Positions 28,198 through 36,615 of a stretch of DNA of 64,000 bases are shown piece after piece; the stretch's first letter is position 1; every line of letters begins with the position of its first letter. Source of the DNA: Candidatus Spongiisociaceae bacterium (GTDB lineage: Bacteria > Actinomycetota > Acidimicrobiia > Spongiisociales > Spongiisociaceae); NCBI GenBank assembly GCA_965219685.1, contig CBDCOH010000002.1, positions 1,088,001 through 1,152,000 on the forward strand, in the 5' to 3' direction. The position numbers and the translations under genes were made by a program. The notes beneath the pieces are model-generated. The model was not told the origin of the DNA. It did not search any database and was given only the letters and a program-made list of their open reading frames with translations.

Positions 28198-29349
28198 ATG
28201 TTTCGACGGTTACTATCGTTACCGCTGGCCGGCAGGGAGACCTTCTTCCTCTGGGGTCCGCGTCAGGTGGGCAAGACCACGCTGCTCAGGGAGTGTTATC
28301 CCGACGGCGTTTGGGTCGACCTGCTCAAGGCCGACGAGTTCCGCCGCTATACGGCGCGTCCCGAACTGCTGCGCCAGGAACTCGAGGCGGTGGGTCCGGA
28401 CCCGTCCCGGCAGGTGGTCATCGACGAGGTCCAGAAGGTCCCCGCACTACTCGACGAGGTGCACTGGCTGATCGAGAACCGGGGGCTGTGCTTCGCGCTG
28501 TGCGGTTCGAGCGCGCGCAAGGTGCGGCGCGGCGGCGCCAACCTGTTGGGCGGGCGCGCCCTGCGCTACGACCTGCGGGGCCTCACCTCAGGGGAGATCG
28601 GGGAGGCATTCGACCTCGACCGGGCGCTCAACCACGGCTACCTGCCCAGGATGTACCAGTCCGCCCGGCCCAGGCATCTGCTCGATGCCTATATCGGCGA
28701 CTACCTTCGTCAGGAGATCGCCGCCGAGGGCCTGGTGCGGAACCTGCCCGCCTTCTCGGACTTCCTCGACGCCGCCGCCCTGAGCGACGGTGACCCCGTC
28801 AACTACTCGAACATCGCCCGCGACTGCGGTGTGTCCGGACCCACGGCCAAGGCGTACTTCGGCATTCTTGAGGACACGTTGCTGGCCCGCCGGCTGCCGC
28901 GGTGGCGGAAGCGGGCGAAGCGCCGCCTCGCGGGGGCGCCGAAGCTCTACTTCGCGGATGTGGGTATCGTCAACCGTCTGGCCCGCCGTGGCCGGCTCGA
29001 ACGGGGCTCGGACCGGTACGGCAAAGCGTTCGAGAACTGGGTCTTCCACGAACTCTTCTCGTACGTCGCATACCGCGACCTCGACGAGGAACTGTCTTAC
29101 TGGAGGCTTCCCAGCGGCATCGAGGTCGACTTCGTGATCGGCGACATGCGGCTGGCGATCGAGGCGAAGGCGAGTGCCCGGATCAGCAGCCATCACCTCA
29201 AAGGGCTCCGCATCCTGGCGGAGGAGCATCCCGGCGTCCGCAGGATCATGGTTTGCCTCGAACCCCGCCCGCGCCGCACCGACGACGGCATCGACATCAT
29301 CCCGGCAACCGACTTCGCCCACCGCCTCTGGCAAGACGACCTCGCCTGA
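28198..29349 (+). CDS. AAA_14 / DUF4143 family ATP-binding protein
   Basis: Walker A GPRQVGKTT, IDEVQK, CGSSARK, LLGGRA, KLYFAD.G, EVDFV...IEAK. Start taken at ATG 28198. Confidence 0.9.
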   Translation: MFRRLLSLPLAGRETFFLWGPRQVGKTTLLRECYPDGVWVDLLKADEFRRYTARPELLRQELEAVGPDPSRQVVIDEVQKVPALLDEVHWLIENRGLCFALCGSSARKVRRGGANLLGGRALRYDLRGLTSGEIGEAFDLDRALNHGYLPRMYQSARPRHLLDAYIGDYLRQEIAAEGLVRNLPAFSDFLDAAALSDGDPVNYSNIARDCGVSGPTAKAYFGILEDTLLARRLPRWRKRAKRRLAGAPKLYFADVGIVNRLARRGRLERGSDRYGKAFENWVFHELFSYVAYRDLDEELSYWRLPSGIEVDFVIGDMRLAIEAKASARISSHHLKGLRILAEEHPGVRRIMVCLEPRPRRTDDGIDIIPATDFAHRLWQDDLA

Positions 29350-29403
29350 GACACGCCGAAACGAACCGGGAGCGGCAACCGCGATGTCTCGGCATTGCGA
29401 ACG

Positions 29404-29780
29404 TTACGGCCAGCGGTGAACTCTCGGGCCAACCGGCGCGAGCACGGCAGGCAGCTTCGCGAGATCGTCTGGATCGCCCGTCAGAGTGTTGCCGTCCCGC
29501 AGCCGGAGGGCGAGTTGGACGAGATGACCGTCTGCGACATCCGATGAATGAGAGAGAGCCAGGAGCCGATCGACCGACGGACCGTCATCAAGCGAGTGCA
29601 CCGTCACTGTCTTGAGCAGCGCGGTCAGGCGGCCCTGCCGGGACCCATCCCGCCACACCTGGGGCTACTACCGGATGGCTGGCATGCAGCCCAGTACCTG
29701 AGCGAGCGACCGCGGTGAGATGAAGCGTATGGATTCGTCGCCGCGGCCGACCGATGTCAACACCCAGCGTCGAGGATCAC
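29404..29780 (-). pseudogene. Frameshifted PIN-domain toxin gene
   Basis: Segments in different frames: VILDAG / VLTSVGRGDES / LTAVARSGTGLHASHPVVA / QVWRDGSRQGRL...DVADGHLV...LTGDPDDL. Confidence 0.7.
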
Positions 29781-29925
29781 AGTCCGTACGCCGCGCCATT
29801 GCTGCTAGCGCTTCCTCCTTCACCGGACCAGCTTCGGCGTGCGAAGCCTCGAGAAGGACTCGAGGGGCGACGCGTCGCGGCCGGTCAGCCGCCAGTGATC
29901 TCAGAGCCTGGCGGATGGCGTGCGA
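29777..29925 (-). pseudogene. Remnant of the cognate antitoxin of the PIN toxin
   Basis: AIRQALRSLAADR...LLEASHAEAGPVKEEALAAMARR ends in a GTGA overlap with the PIN start; 5' end missing. Confidence 0.45.
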
Positions 29926-29954
29926 CTTGCCCCCGAACAGCGGTGCGAACCCGT

Positions 29955-30079
29955 CGAGGATCTACTTGTTGTGGGCATCGAGCCGGACGGTCGTAGTGGA
30001 GGGAGCCCGTTTACATGTTGTGGTCTCCGTAGGCGCTCGACCGAGCATCGTCATCACCGTCTATTGGGTTGCTCCTTGA
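29955..30079 (+). pseudogene. 3' remnant of a DUF4258-like toxin
   Basis: ...GARLHVVVSVGARPSIVITVYW* directly upstream of a DUF2283-like gene. Confidence 0.45.
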
Positions 30080-30090
30080 AGGAGAACCGG

Positions 30091-30331
30091 ATGCAGGTTC
30101 GCTATGACTCGGAAGCCGATGCGATCTTTCCTCTTGCTGCACGCCGCCCACGGCGAGGAAGCCGGCGGGAGGCGGCTCGACGATACCCGCATCGCCCACC
30201 TCGACCGCTCGGGCCGTGTCTTCGCGTGCGAGTTCCGGTCCGTGAGCCAAGGGGTTTCCCTCGACGGAAGCGACGACGCAACCCTGATCCGTGAAACGCT
30301 CCGGCCCGTGAACCAGATCGCAGTCGCCTGA
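30091..30331 (+). pseudogene. Frameshifted DUF2283-family protein
   Basis: RBS AAGGAG, MQVRYDSEADAIF, then continues in another frame as ...RLDDTRIAHLDRSGRVFACEF. Confidence 0.65.
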
Positions 30332-30466
30332 CGGCAGGTTGTCGAGTTGCCTCGCTCCGAACCAGGCCTTGGGTCTGCGTCGAGAAGGCCACCGTCGCAG
30401 GACAACACCTGACAACCCACCGAACGGAGCCCTGCCAACCGGATGCCGGGCACGGCGTAGGCGGCC

Positions 30467-31027
30467 TCACTCGCCGAAGAGGGCGCTTACCTCGCATGAG
30501 AACCCGGGTAGGACGTCCGCTCCGTCGAGGGTGGCGTCCTCGCCGAGTGTCGACACTGGGAGACCGGGACGGTACACGTCAACGGTGCGCGTAGCCGGAT
30601 CCACCACCCAGACCAGACGGACGCCGTGGTTCAGCCACATCCATGCCTTGTTTCGGACCTCCCGCCTGCTGTCATTGGGCGACACCACCTCCGCCACCAG
30701 GTCGGGAACCGTCTCCGAGTACCCGGTCACCCGCATCCCCGCCGGTACCTTCTTCACCGAGAAAAACGCGACATCGGGCTCCCGCACGGTGTCGGGATCG
30801 CGTTCCAGCCAGACACCCGCATCCGAGCCCGTCAACCGTCCCAACCGCCGGGGCTTGACGAAACCACCCAGCTCAGCGCCAAGGTTCATCACTATCTCGC
30901 CGTGTTCCTGTCCGGTCGGCCTGGTCTCGTGTAGTACCCCCCGGATGAGCTCGCCGCGCACGCCACTGCTGTCGAGACGGAGCAACTCACCTGCGGTCAA
31001 TAGCTTGGCGTCGGTGGCCGTTGTCAT
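30467..31027 (-). CDS. Uma2 family restriction-endonuclease-like protein
   Basis: ELIRG, VREPDVAF, PDLVAEVVSPND, GVRLVWVVDP, VLPGF. Confidence 0.92.
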   Translation of the reverse strand: MTTATDAKLLTAGELLRLDSSGVRGELIRGVLHETRPTGQEHGEIVMNLGAELGGFVKPRRLGRLTGSDAGVWLERDPDTVREPDVAFFSVKKVPAGMRVTGYSETVPDLVAEVVSPNDSRREVRNKAWMWLNHGVRLVWVVDPATRTVDVYRPGLPVSTLGEDATLDGADVLPGFSCEVSALFGE

Positions 31028-31094
31028 GTCCGTTCAATTCCTGATCGCGTCATTGTAGACAATACGATAGTTTACGTAAGGGCCGTCCCACATT

Positions 31095-32555
31095 TCATCC
31101 GAGTCCGGTGAGGCTGTTGAACTCCTCTATGAGTCGGTCGATGGGGTCGGCCAAGGTCTGGATGCTGGTCCAGTAGTCGTCGTCGTACCACTGGGCCTGG
31201 ATCTCCTCGTATGTCTTGCCCTGTTGCTCCACCCAGGTGTAGTACTTGAGGTTGTGGATGCGCTTGCGGTCGTAGTAGCCGAGTTCGTGGACGTGTTCGG
31301 TGGAGGCCCCCAGCAGGTGGCGGTGGTAGGCGGCCACCGCGTCGTGGGTGGTGAACGTGCCGCGGTCCTCGCTGAGTTCGTGGAGCCGGCTCCGGTACAT
31401 GTCCATCGAGTCGGTGGCGATGGTGACCACTATGTCCCGGCTGGTCATCTCGTAGTACTTGGCGAGTTTGACGGCGGACAGCAGGTTGGCGGCGCCGGAG
31501 ATGCCGAGCAGGGGAAGGCTTCCTAGGACATCGGGATCTACTCCTTGCGATGCCAGGTACTCCCGGCCTGGCGCCTCGTTGAACAGCCGGGTGAGGGACA
31601 TGGCGGCCTCGTCGTCGAGCCCGATGGCGAGGTCGGTGTTCTTGACGTTGTGGACCCAGGGGATGTGCTTGTCGCCGATTCCCTCGATGCGGTGCTCCCC
31701 GAAGCCGTTCAGCAGCATGGTGGGACACTGGATGGCCTCACCCCCGGCGATCACCGAGCCGGGGAATCGCTGCTTCAGGTAGTCGCCGGCGGCGATGGTT
31801 CCGGCCGAGCCGGTGGTGACCGCGAACCCCCGGAACCGGTCGCGCTCGCCCATCACGTCGTCCAACACCTCCTCGACGGCGGGGCCGGTGACCGACACGT
31901 GCCACAGGTAGTTTCCGAACTCGTCGAACTGGTTGAAGATCATCAGGTCCTCGCCGGAGGCGGCCAACTCGTTGCACTTGTCGAAGATCTCCTTGACGTT
32001 CGACTCCGAACCGGGAGTCTTGATGATCTCCCCGGCCACCGTCTGCAACCACTCGAAGCGCTCGCGGCTCATCCCCTCCGGGAGGATCGCCACCGACTCG
32101 CAGCCCAGCAGGTTGGAGTCGTAGGCGCCGCCGCGGCAGTAGTTCCCCGTGGAAGGCCACACCGCCTTCTGGGTTGACGGGTCGAACTGTCCGGTGACCA
32201 GGCGGGGAACCAGGCAGCCGAAAGCCGCTCCCACCTTGTGGGCGCCGGTCGGGAACCACTTGCCGATCAGGGAGATGATCCGGGCCTCGACACCGGTCAG
32301 TTCGGACGGCCACTCGACGTAGTTGACTGGTCCGAACCCGCCCCCTTGGGCGACCGGTTCGTTGTGCCAGGTGATCCGGTACAGGTTGAGGGGGTGGAGA
32401 TCCCACAGACCGATGCCCGCGAGGCCTGACCGGACCTCGGATGGGATCAGGTTCGGGTCCCGCATCTGGGCGAGGGTCGGGATGCGCACCCGGCGCTCCC
32501 TGGTGTGGGCCGCCACCGACTCGAGGGCGGCCGCGTCAACGGTCAGATCGATCAT
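31095..32555 (-). CDS. Fold-type II PLP-dependent enzyme (cysteine synthase/beta-subunit-like, function unknown)
   Basis: GKWFPTGAHKVGA (PLP Lys), WPSTGNYCRGG, GSAGT, HRIEGIGDKHIPW, GISG.AN. Confidence 0.85.
   Translation of the reverse strand: MIDLTVDAAALESVAAHTRERRVRIPTLAQMRDPNLIPSEVRSGLAGIGLWDLHPLNLYRITWHNEPVAQGGGFGPVNYVEWPSELTGVEARIISLIGKWFPTGAHKVGAAFGCLVPRLVTGQFDPSTQKAVWPSTGNYCRGGAYDSNLLGCESVAILPEGMSRERFEWLQTVAGEIIKTPGSESNVKEIFDKCNELAASGEDLMIFNQFDEFGNYLWHVSVTGPAVEEVLDDVMGERDRFRGFAVTTGSAGTIAAGDYLKQRFPGSVIAGGEAIQCPTMLLNGFGEHRIEGIGDKHIPWVHNVKNTDLAIGLDDEAAMSLTRLFNEAPGREYLASQGVDPDVLGSLPLLGISGAANLLSAVKLAKYYEMTSRDIVVTIATDSMDMYRSRLHELSEDRGTFTTHDAVAAYHRHLLGASTEHVHELGYYDRKRIHNLKYYTWVEQQGKTYEEIQAQWYDDDYWTSIQTLADPIDRLIEEFNSLTGLG
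32542..32555. repeat. 14-bp direct repeat, copy 1 (GTCAGATCGATCAT; first 14 nt of the PLP gene)
   Basis: Identical to 33398-33411. Confidence 0.85.
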
Positions 32556-32698
32556 ATTCAGGCGTCCTTCGGCCCTGTTGGGCCGGGTAGTGGTCCATTA
32601 CGGTCGATCCTCCTGCCTGTGCAGGGTGATCTGCTCTCCACAGTTCCGATCGGGCCAGGGCCGGTGCGGATCATCGAACAAGGTCGCAGTAGGACGGT

Positions 32699-32917
32699 TT
32701 ACGACCATACCCTCTCGTTGACCACGATCGCGCCAACATCGGTCTCGTCTATGTCGAGCGAACAGGCGATCAGGTCGCGTGCGGCATTCTCCACCTCGTC
32801 GAAGTGCGCCGCCTGCGTGTAGCCGAACTTCAACCCGAGCACCCTGACTGCCCACCAGCCATCGGCCGTGTTGAACGCTTCAACCTGGTACATATCGGTC
32901 GTACCTAGGGTTGTCAC
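32699..32917 (-). CDS. Short HicB-like antitoxin
   Basis: YQVEA....GWWAVRV......TQA..FDEVE..ARDLIA; GTGA overlap with hicA; no C-terminal DNA-binding domain. Confidence 0.7.
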   Translation of the reverse strand: MTTLGTTDMYQVEAFNTADGWWAVRVLGLKFGYTQAAHFDEVENAARDLIACSLDIDETDVGAIVVNERVWS

Positions 32918-33111
32918 CGGACGGCCTCCCTGGCTTCTCTGAGGATTGCTCTGGCAGTATGTTCGTTGACCTCGCGGTGACGGGGGATGTAGACCCGCTC
33001 GCCGCCAAACGTCCATATCTGATGGCTGCGACCCTCACGGAGGAAGCGGAACTCCACGTCGGCCGACTTGGCGATGATCCGGAGTTGCCTCACGAGGTTC
33101 CGCCTTTTCAT
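32914..33111 (-). CDS. HicA-like toxin
   Basis: MKRRNLVRQL...REGRSHQIW...IPRHREVNEHTARAILR. Confidence 0.8.
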   Translation of the reverse strand: MKRRNLVRQLRIIAKSADVEFRFLREGRSHQIWTFGGERVYIPRHREVNEHTARAILREAREAVR

Positions 33112-33397
33112 AAGAGGTTAACAGTCGTTATGTGCCGTGCGAGCCTGGCCACCCTGCCATGTGGCAGTGCTGGCTTCAATACCTACGCGGTGCGGGTGCC
33201 GGCCGGTCATACAGATGTTGTATCAACGACACATGGCCCCATCAACCCCTTCGTGTTGTGCCGAACCGGACTGGGCACGGTGCGGGTGCGACCTCCGAGT
33301 GGCAGTTCCTCCATATAAGTCGAGAGTGCCAAACAAGAGCGATCGCCTTTGGCTCCGCCAACGCCCGGCGCCCGATGCGAACTCGTTGTCGCCAATA

Positions 33398-33411
33398 GTC
33401 AGATCGATCAT
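33398..33411. repeat. 14-bp direct repeat, copy 2; begins a dead MIDLT... start overlapping the thrC-like stop
   Basis: Identical to 32542-32555; the ATG overlaps the TGA of the upstream gene (ATGA). Confidence 0.85.
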
Positions 33412-34715
33412 GTCTGCTTCCTTAGCTTCCGGATCCACTGTTCCATTCTGGTGGCTATCTCGTCGGGGTCCAGCCCGTCCGGACCCGGACGGACCGGCAG
33501 GGGTACCGCGCCTGTCCTGTCGATCCCGCGCATCACCCCGCGGATGTCCTTCAGACCAGATCCGGTGGAGATGACCACCACCCGGTCGAGGGTCCCCTCC
33601 CCCCGCGGGTCTCCCTGCGATCCGTCCGCCACTTCGGCCAGCCCGGCGAAGGCGGCCGCCGCGGCCGGTTCGGGAAAGATGCCGGAGTCGGCCGACACAG
33701 TCGGGATCATCTCCAGGATGGCCTCGTCATCGACCGTCACCCATGCACCCCCGGTCTCGACTACCGCGGCCATCGCCTTGACTCGATCGCGGGGCAGGTC
33801 GGCGCTGATGGAGTCGGCGGCGGTGTCGGCGGCGACGGGCTGTTTGGTGACCACATCCTCCTCCTCCAGCCAGGCCTCGGCCAGATAGGAGCTGCCTTCG
33901 GCCTGCACTCCGTAGATGCGGGGCATGCGGTCGATCCATCCCAGTTTCAAGGCGTCCTTGAAGCCCTTGTGCACCCCTCCGATGATCGACCCGTCGCCCA
34001 CGCTTACGAACACCGCGTCCGGCGCCTCCCAGCCCAGTTGCTCGGCGATCTCCAGGGCCACGGTCTTCTTGCCTTCTCCCACGTAGGGATTGATCCCGGT
34101 GTTCCGGTTGTACCAACCGAAGCGTGCCACCGTTTCCTGGCATAACCGGAAGGCGTCGTCGTAGGTGCCCTCCACGAGCATCACGAACGCCCCGAAGGCG
34201 AGGAGTTGGGCGACCTTCGCCTCCGGTGCGGTGTCGGGGACGAAGATCACCGCGGTCTGGCCGGTTCCTGCCGCGAGACCGGCCAGGGCGGCGGCGGCGT
34301 TTCCCGTGGACGCGGTGGTGACCGTCTCGGCCCCTTCCTGGGCAGCTCTGGCCAGTGCGACCGCCGAGGCCCGGTCCTTGAGGGAAGCGGTCGGCTGGCG
34401 CCCCTCGTCCTTGATCCAGAGTCGCCCTACGCCCCAGCGCCGGGCCAGTCTCTCCGCCTCGACGAGCGGGGTCCCGCCCACTCCGAGAGCGGAGACAACC
34501 GTGGAGGACCCGACAGGAAGCAGGGGGCGGTAGCGCCACATGGACCGGTCCGGGTCTGCCGCCAGGCTCTCGCGTGTCAGCGTTTCGTTGATGGCGGCGT
34601 AGTCGTAGCGGGCGTCGAGGGTGCCCGCATCGCCGCAGCGGTCGCATACGTAGCGGCCCGGAGAGGGTTGGTACGACGCGGCGCAGACGGTGCATCGCAG
34701 CCCGGTCAGGTACAT
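33408..34715 (-). CDS. Threonine synthase-like fold-II PLP enzyme with N-terminal Zn ribbon
   Basis: CTVC/CDRC, SMWRY..LLP, GGTPL, PTASLKDR, ASTGNA, EGKKT, VGDG, EPAAA, TGSGLKD. Confidence 0.85.
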   Translation of the reverse strand: MYLTGLRCTVCAASYQPSPGRYVCDRCGDAGTLDARYDYAAINETLTRESLAADPDRSMWRYRPLLPVGSSTVVSALGVGGTPLVEAERLARRWGVGRLWIKDEGRQPTASLKDRASAVALARAAQEGAETVTTASTGNAAAALAGLAAGTGQTAVIFVPDTAPEAKVAQLLAFGAFVMLVEGTYDDAFRLCQETVARFGWYNRNTGINPYVGEGKKTVALEIAEQLGWEAPDAVFVSVGDGSIIGGVHKGFKDALKLGWIDRMPRIYGVQAEGSSYLAEAWLEEEDVVTKQPVAADTAADSISADLPRDRVKAMAAVVETGGAWVTVDDEAILEMIPTVSADSGIFPEPAAAAAFAGLAEVADGSQGDPRGEGTLDRVVVISTGSGLKDIRGVMRGIDRTGAVPLPVRPGPDGLDPDEIATRMEQWIRKLRKQT

Positions 34716-34718
34716 CCG

Positions 34719-35657
34719 CTAGGCAGGTGGTACGGCGCCACGCCGCTCGGTGATCAGCCCGTAGTGCTCGTGCATCCGGTAGTAGTCGAAGTCGAACAAT
34801 GTCTGCTTGTAGGTGTCGCAGAAGTCGAGGTCGATGGTGGTCGAGATCACCTCGTCCTCGGTGGTGACCGCTTGGGCGATGATCTGCCCGGACGGGGCGA
34901 TGATGACGCTCTGGGCGAGGCTGTCCACCCCCTCCTCGATTCCCCCCTTGGCGACCCCGACCACGAAGGCGCCGTTCTGGTAGGCGCCGGCCTGCATCAC
35001 GAGGTGGTTGTGGAATCCGGACAGCGCGTTCTGGGTGGGGTCGGGCGCGTAGTGGAGCGGGGTGTTGTAACCGATCAGGATCAGCTCGGCTCCCTGCAGG
35101 CCGAGCACCCGGTAGGTCTCCGGCCAGCGGCGGTCGTTGCAGATCGCCATCCCTACGATCCCGCCGAAGGCGTTCCAGGCTCCGAACCCGTCCGGCCCCG
35201 GCTCGAAGTAGTGCCGCTCGGCGTGCTGGAACTCCCGCCACGGCTCGTATTGGGCGTGGCCGGGTATGTGTATCTTGCGGAACTTGGATACCACGGTCCC
35301 GTCGCGTTCCACCAGTATGTAGGTGTTGTAACGATGCTCGACGCCCTGGTCGTCGGTGGCGATCTCCGCGTACCCGAGCGCGAACCCGATCCCAAGGCGG
35401 CGCGCCTCGTCGAACAGCGGCTTGGTGTCGCGGTCGGGCATCTCCCGGTGGTAGTAGTGCTCGAACTCGGCGGGGTCCGCGACGAACCATCGCGGGAAGA
35501 AGGTCGTCATGGCCAGCTCCGGGTAAACCAGCAGGTCGACCCCTTGGTCGTGTGCATCGTGCAGCATCGTCATCAGGCGGTCCACCACTTCGCTCTTCGA
35601 CTCTTCCCGGGCGATGGGGCCCATCTGGCCCGCGCCGACGGTGATCCGTCTCGACAT
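34719..35657 (-). CDS. N-carbamoyl-D-amino-acid amidohydrolase (nitrilase superfamily)
   Basis: QMGPI, PELAMTTFFPRW, RKIHIPGH, ICNDRRWPE, GYNTP, QAGAYQN. Confidence 0.9.
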   Translation of the reverse strand: MSRRITVGAGQMGPIAREESKSEVVDRLMTMLHDAHDQGVDLLVYPELAMTTFFPRWFVADPAEFEHYYHREMPDRDTKPLFDEARRLGIGFALGYAEIATDDQGVEHRYNTYILVERDGTVVSKFRKIHIPGHAQYEPWREFQHAERHYFEPGPDGFGAWNAFGGIVGMAICNDRRWPETYRVLGLQGAELILIGYNTPLHYAPDPTQNALSGFHNHLVMQAGAYQNGAFVVGVAKGGIEEGVDSLAQSVIIAPSGQIIAQAVTTEDEVISTTIDLDFCDTYKQTLFDFDYYRMHEHYGLITERRGAVPPA

Positions 35658-35688
35658 CTGAGAATCCTCCTCGGTCTATCGCTGTTAT

Positions 35689-35703
35689 TTTACAGTTTGT
35701 AAA
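35689..35703. promoter_or_regulatory. Palindromic operator candidate TTTACA-GTT-TGTAAA between the divergent carbamoylase genes
   Basis: Perfect 6-3-6 palindrome; matches 20001-20015. Confidence 0.7.
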
Positions 35704-35750
35704 CTGCGGTGCGGTCCCGAGGGTGGCCGTGTCGAGGCAAGGAGGTCAGG

Positions 35751-36593
35751 ATGGCGAATGTGGTGCGGGCGGCGCTGGTCCAGAGCGAGTGGACGGGCGA
35801 CAAGGAGTCCATGATCGAGAAGAACATCGGGTACGCCCGCGAGGCCGCCGCGCAGGGGGCGCAGATCCTGTGCTTCCAGGAGATCTTCAACACCCCGTAC
35901 TTCTGCACGCACCAGGAGAACGAGCACTTCGCAACCGCCGAACCCATCCCCGAGGGTCCCACCGTCTCCAGGATGATCGAGTTGTCTCGCGAGACCGGAA
36001 TGGTGCTGATCGTCCCGATCTTCGAGGTGGAGGACACCGGCCACTACTACAACGCCGCGGCGGTCATCGACGGCGACGGCACCTACCTCGGCAAGTACCG
36101 CAAGACCCACATTCCCCAGGTGGCCGGCTTCTGGGAGAAGTTCTACTTCCGGCCCGGCAATCTCGGCTATCCGGTCTTCGACACCACCGTGGGCCGCATC
36201 GGCATCTATATCTGCTACGACCGCCACTTTCCCGAGGGCTGGCGGGAGCTGGGTCTGGCCGGCGCAAAAATCGTCTTCAACCCCTCCGCCACCACCCGGG
36301 GCCACTCCAAGTATCTGTGGGAGTTGGAACAACCGGCCGCCGCGGTGGCCAACGAGTACTTCGTGGGCGCCATCAACCGGGTCGGAAGCGAGAACCTGGA
36401 GGGTACCGACTACTACGGCAGTTCCTACTTCGCCTCGCCCCGGGGGCAGATCATCGGGGGTACCGCCTCGGACACCGCCGACGAGGTGGTGGTGAGGGAT
36501 CTTGACCTCGACCTGATCGAGGAGGTTCGCCACCATTGGGCTTTCTACCGGGATCGCCGCCCCGAGATCTACGACCGGATCGCGACTCCCTGA
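35751..36593 (+). CDS. Nitrilase-family hydrolase, beta-ureidopropionase-like
   Basis: RBS AAGGAGG; FQEIFNTPYFC, GKYRKTHIP, FWEKFYFRPG, ICYDRHFPEG, FNPSAT, FYRDRRPE. Confidence 0.9.
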   Translation: MANVVRAALVQSEWTGDKESMIEKNIGYAREAAAQGAQILCFQEIFNTPYFCTHQENEHFATAEPIPEGPTVSRMIELSRETGMVLIVPIFEVEDTGHYYNAAAVIDGDGTYLGKYRKTHIPQVAGFWEKFYFRPGNLGYPVFDTTVGRIGIYICYDRHFPEGWRELGLAGAKIVFNPSATTRGHSKYLWELEQPAAAVANEYFVGAINRVGSENLEGTDYYGSSYFASPRGQIIGGTASDTADEVVVRDLDLDLIEEVRHHWAFYRDRRPEIYDRIATP

Positions 36594-36615
36594 GGCCGGT
36601 GTCGGTGGCCGGTCG

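Noticed and set aside
31052-31063. ATTGTAGACAAT palindrome upstream of the Uma2 gene (GntR-like site)
   Set aside because: Single 12-bp palindrome with no cognate regulator nearby; insufficient support.
33242-33255. 14-nt match CACGAAGGGGTTGA (minus strand) to 56181-56194
   Set aside because: No further similarity on either side and no canonical -10 at the right spacing here; one such match in 64 kb can arise by chance.
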